64,000 bases of DNA, from positions 13,082,001 to 13,146,000 of the forward strand of contig OZ024741.1 of assembly GCA_964016885.1 (NCBI GenBank), in the 5' to 3' direction. Positions 59,161-64,000 of this stretch are shown here, in pieces. The position numbers were made by a program, and so were the translations under genes. Numbering within the stretch: the stretch's first letter is position 1; each line of letters starts with the position of its first letter. The notes under the pieces were generated by a model that had not been told where the DNA came from, searched no databases, and saw only the letters and a program-made list of their open reading frames with translations. This stretch comes from Eledone cirrhosa. Taxonomy: Eukaryota.

Positions 59161-60225
59161 TTGCTGTCATATATATGACCACATATAGTCAGGTATATGT
59201 CACACCAGGTCGACCTGTTACCCTGTTGCTGTCATATATATGACCACATATAGTCAGGTATATGTCACACCAGGTCGACTTGTCACTCTGTTGCTGTCAT
59301 ATATATTGGACCACATATAGTCAGATATGTCACACCAGGTCGACCTGTCACTCTGTTGCTGTCATATATATTGGACCACATATAGTCAGGTATATGTCAC
59401 ACCAGGTCGACCTGTCACCCTGTTGCTGTCATATATATTGGACCACATATAGTCAGGTATATGTCACACCAGGTCGACCTGTCACCCTGTTGCTGTCATA
59501 TATATTAGACCACATATAGTCAGGTATATGTCACACCAGGTCGACCTGTCACCCTGTTGCTGTCATATATATTTGACCACATATAGTCAGGTATATGTCA
59601 CACCAGGTCGACCTGTTACCCTGTTGCTGTCATATATATTGGACCACATATAGTCAGGTATATGTCACACCAGGTCGACCTGTCACTCTGTTGCTGTCAT
59701 ATATATTGGACCACATATAGTCAGGTATATGTCACACCAGGTCGACTTGTCACTCTGTTGCTGTCATATATATTGGACCACATATAGTCAGGTATATGTC
59801 ACACCAGGTCGACCTGTTACCCTGTTGCTGTCATATATATTGGACCACATATAGTCAGGTATATGTCACACCAGGTCGACCTGTTACCCTGTTGCTGTCA
59901 TATATATTGGACCACATATAGTCAGGTATATGTCACACCAGGTCGACCTGTCACCCTGTTGCTGTCATATATATTAGACCACATATAGTCAGGTATATGT
60001 CACACCAGGTCGACCTGTTACCCTGTTGCTGTCATATATATTGGACCACATATAGTCAGGTATATGTCACACCAGGTCGACCTGTCACTCTGTTGCTGTC
60101 ATATATATTGGACCACATATAGTCAGGTATATGTCACACCAGGTCGACCTGTCACCCTGTTGCTGTCATATATATTAGACCACATATAGTCAGGTATATG
60201 TCACACCAGGTCGACCTGTCACTCT
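59160..60225. repeat. 67-bp minisatellite, ~16 units
   Basis: gaccacatatagtcaggtatatgtcacaccaggtcgacctgtcaccctgttgctgtcatatatattg. Confidence 0.95.
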
Positions 60226-60627
60226 GATCCATCCTCGACCTTCAAGACAGAGTGTATACTTCCAGATGCTCTGCTCTGGTCAGTAGAAATCACACATTTC
60301 CATAGGGCTCAGATTAACAGTTCTGTTAAGGTCTCACTGAAAACCCTTCCATTTTTCGACAGGCAGATGTTTGTCGTATTTCTACTTATCCTTTTTATTC
60401 GATATCATGCAGCAAGCGGGGAGAACTCTTTGTGGTATACCTTTCCCTAATTACTTTTTTTTGTCCAGTTTTGTGAGCGGAACCAAGTAAAAATTATTTT
60501 TTGTTCGCAACGTTACCAAAATATTGCTTTCCTTGTCACCTTCTTGGTTGCCTGTCTTTCCGGAAATTGTCATTTTCTTCAGTGTAGTCCCAATGTCAAG
60601 CAATATTTTTATCCTTCTATTTGTCAA

Positions 60628-60830
60628 TGAAGGCGTGTAGCTGAGTGTTTACCTAATTGGATTTAGAATCTTGAGATTGTGAGTTCGATTCCTGGACCAG
60701 GTGATGCGTTATGTCCTTCAGAAAGACACTTTATTTCACGTTGCTCCTTCTACCTGGAGTTGCAACCGATAGATAGTACTAGCAACTGGAAAGGCCGACG
60801 AAAACATTGTTTCCTCGGTCCGATTTGACG
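60628..60830 (+). mobile_element. tRNA-headed CORE-like SINE
   Basis: tgaaggcgtgtagctgagtg...gagttcgattcc...aagacactttatttcacgttgctcc. Confidence 0.72.
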
Positions 60831-61061
60831 AAAATCGATCGATCCTTTTTTGTCAATTTATTAGAAAATCCATGTCCATATTTAGATTTTCACAAATATT
60901 TTCAAAATTCTTAGCGGTTAGCATATCTTACCATTAGCCCAAATGAAGAAGCCATATTACTAAGGAAGTAGGCGTAATTTTACGAAATGAAATGCTTAAA
61001 TCTGCACAACAGTATACTTTGAAATTTGTATATGTTGTTGTCCTAACGCAGATAACTAAAA

Positions 61062-61645
61062 TAATTGTTTTGGCACAAGGCCAACAATTATCCCAGTGCA
61101 TTAATAGTGCTTTATTTTATCGACTCCGTAAGGATGAAAGGCAAATTTAACCTCGGCGGGATTTGAACTCAGAATGTAAATGGCCATAACTCTATCTTGC
61201 AGAGCATGACGCTCTACCGATACTGCCAATCCACCGCCTTATAACTGTAACAATTGTTTCTACTTTTGGCACAAGGTCAGCAATTATCCCAGTGCATTAC
61301 TGGTACTTTATTTTATCGACCTCGTAAGGATGAAAGGCAAAGTTAACCTCGGCGGGATTTGAACACAGATCGTAAAGGGACGTAACTATGCTGGAAAGCA
61401 TAATGTCCGACCCTCTACCGATAATGCCAATCCACTGCCTTTTAACTGTAATAATAGCAGATCTTTATGAATGGTTTTTGATTTAGGAAGAAGTGTCCAC
61501 CAATTTGGAGGAGAATGAAATCAGTTAAATCGATCTCGTACATAACAGGTGATTTATATTATCGACCCGGGAAGGATGAAAGTTGAAGTTGACCTCAACA
61601 GGATTTGGCATCAGATCGTACAGGACCGTACCGAAATACCGCAAT
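61062..61645 (-). mobile_element. Two tandem S1 SINEs (~61062-61240, ~61249-61440) plus a diverged relative (~61470-61645)
   Basis: Reverse complements of the S1 body. Confidence 0.8.
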
Positions 61646-61919
61646 ACAGATCAATATAAATATTAGTTGAAACAATCATATGAAAAAAGCCCGGAGACCG
61701 AAAGAAAAATGAGACAGCGACGCGGGGAATGGAACCTCCATCTCAAGGTAAGCTGGGAGGACATTCAAACGTTATCATAAGAATAAAACTAATAAATTGT
61801 TTAATACAATTAAAACAGGAAATATAAAACTTGCATGAAGTAAAACGTGATAATATTGTTCCATTTCCTGTGGGGGAACGTATATACACATATACATACA
61901 TATAGGCACACATACATGT

Positions 61920-62041
<122 letters not shown>

Positions 62042-62217
62042 TACCGTAATACAATCAATATTTCAGTTCTTTCATTTGAGGAGAAAATTGGTAAATTGAA
62101 TCTCCTTTGATAAAAGAGCAGCTACTCGATATAATTTACTCTATCCCCCTAATTAGCAATACATTAAAAATTTACAATATTTCGATCTAGGCAATCATGT
62201 ATACATTATAATAGATA

Positions 62218-62285
62218 GTGAAAGCCTGTGGCTTAGTGGTTACAGTGTTCAGCTGATCTTCCTAACAACGTAAGTTCCATTTAGG
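62218..62285 (+). mobile_element. Head of an S2-type SINE running directly into the 33-bp array
   Basis: gtgaaagcctgtggcttagtggtta resembles the S2 head gtgaaggcgcatggcttagtggtta. Confidence 0.62.
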
Positions 62286-64000
62286 GCGGTGAGATGTGTC
62301 CTTGTACAAGACATTACAGCGGTGAGATGTGTCCTTGTACAAGACATTACGGCGGTGAGATGTGTCCTTATACAAGATATTACGGCGGTGAGATGTGTCC
62401 TTGTACAAGATATTACGGCGGTGAGATGTGTCCTTGTACAAGACATTACGGTGGTGAGATGTGTCCTTGTACAAGACATTACGGTGATAAGATCTGTCCT
62501 TGTACAAGACATTACGGCGGTGAGATGTGTCCTTGTACAAGATATTACGGCGGTGAGATGTGTCCTTGTACAAGACATTACGGCGGTGAGATGTGTCCTT
62601 GTACAAGACATTACGGCGGTGAGATGTGTCCTTGTACAAGATATTACGGTCGTGAGATGTGTCCTTGTACAAGACATTACGGCGGTGAGATGTGTCCTTG
62701 TACAAGATATTACGGCGGTGAGATGTGTCCTTGTACAAGACATTACGGCGGTGAGATGTGTCCTTGTACAAGATATTACGGCGGTGAGATGTGTCCTTGT
62801 ACAAGATATTACGGCGGTGAGATGTGTCCTTGTAGAAGATATTACGGCGGTGAGATGTGTCCTTGTACAAGACATTACAGCGGTGAGATGTGTCCTTGTA
62901 CAAGATATTACGGCGGTGAGATGTGTCCTTGTACAAGATATTACGGCGGTGAGATGTGTCCTTGTACAAGACATTACAGCGGTGAGATGTGTCCTTGTAC
63001 AAGACATTACGGCGGTGAGATGTGTCCTTGTACAAGATATTACGGCGGTGAGATGTGTCCTTGTACAAGATATTACTGCGGTGAGATGTGTCCTTGTACA
63101 AGATATTACGGCGGTGAGATGTGTCCTTGTACAAGATATTACGGCGGTGAGATGTGTCCTTGTACAAGATATTACGGTGGTAAGATGTGTCCTTGTACAA
63201 GACATTACGGCGGTGAGATGTGTCCTTGTACAAGACATTACGGCGGTGAGATATGTCCTTGTACAAGATATTACGGTGATAAGATGTGTCCTTGTACAAG
63301 ACATTACGGCGGTGAGATGTGTCCTTGTACAAGATATTACGGCGGTGAGATGTGTCCTTGTACAAGATATTACGGCGGTGAGATGTGTCCTTGTACAAGA
63401 CATTACGGCGGTGAGATGCGTCCTTGTACAAGACATTACGGCGTTGAGATGTGTCCTTGTACAAGATATTACGGTGGTAAGATGTGTCCTTGTAGAAGAC
63501 ATTACGGCGGTGAGATGTGTCCTTGTACAAGATATTACGGCGGTGAGATGTGTCCTTGTACAAGATATTACGGTGATAACATGTGTCCTTGTACAAGATA
63601 TTACGGTGGTGAGATGTGTCCTTGTACAAGATATTACGGTGGTGAGATGTGTCCTTGTACAAGATATTACGGTGGTAAGATGTGTCCTTGTACAAGATAT
63701 TACGGTGGTAAGATGAGTCCTTGTACAAGATATTACGGCGGTGAGATGTGTCCTTGTACAAGATATTACGGCGGTGAGATGTGTCCTTGTACAAGATATT
63801 ACGGCGGTGAGATGTGTCCTTGTACAAGATATTACGGCGGTGAGATGTGTCCTTGTACAAGACATTACGGCGGTGAGATGTGCCCTTGTAGAAGATATTA
63901 CGGCGGGGAGATGTGTCCTTGTACAAGACATTACGGCGGTGAGATGTGCCCTTGTACAAGATATTACGGCGGGGAGATGTGTTCTTGTACAAGATATTAC
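62286..64000. repeat. 33-bp minisatellite, ~52 units, continuing past the window end
   Basis: ggcggtgagatgtgtccttgtacaagaYattac. Confidence 0.97.

Noticed and set aside
62249-63992. Long ORFs (560, 576 and 475 aa) over the 33-bp array
   Set aside because: A stop-free unit of 11 codons opens several frames on both strands; nothing indicates a gene

Overview
Eukaryotic, AT-rich DNA made almost entirely of transposons, SINEs and simple or tandem repeats. I see no host protein-coding exon. The SINE families and the (TACA)n/(TA)n/(CA)n load suggest a cephalopod (octopus-like) genome; that is inference from recalled repeat families, not a search. Main contents: (1) four L1/Tx1-clade LINEs in two head-to-tail pairs, one with an intact APE+RT ORF2 (303-3722); (2) an apparently intact R4/Dong-clade RT+restriction-like-endonuclease (RLE) element (14883-18275), plus fragments of other R4-like and CRE-like elements; (3) a 5'-truncated but uninterrupted RTE ORF with three C-terminal C2H2 fingers (18508-21912, minus); (4) three related families of short bipartite non-autonomous RTE derivatives in (TACA)n tracts that share a covarying RNA structure; (5) Penelope-like RT and GIY-YIG remnants with a degenerate minimal hammerhead; (6) CR1, hAT and mariner remnants, MITEs and many tRNA-type SINEs; (7) several minisatellites (61, 56, 67, 33 bp) that arose from inside retroelements. 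Best leads: the structured bipartite RTE derivatives and their shared (TACA)n landing pad, a candidate (TACA)n-associated RLE LINE, a conserved splice-donor-like motif on the Tx1 ORF1 stop codon, and parallel satellite birth at one site in two CR1 copies. Element boundaries were read by eye and may be off by tens of bases.
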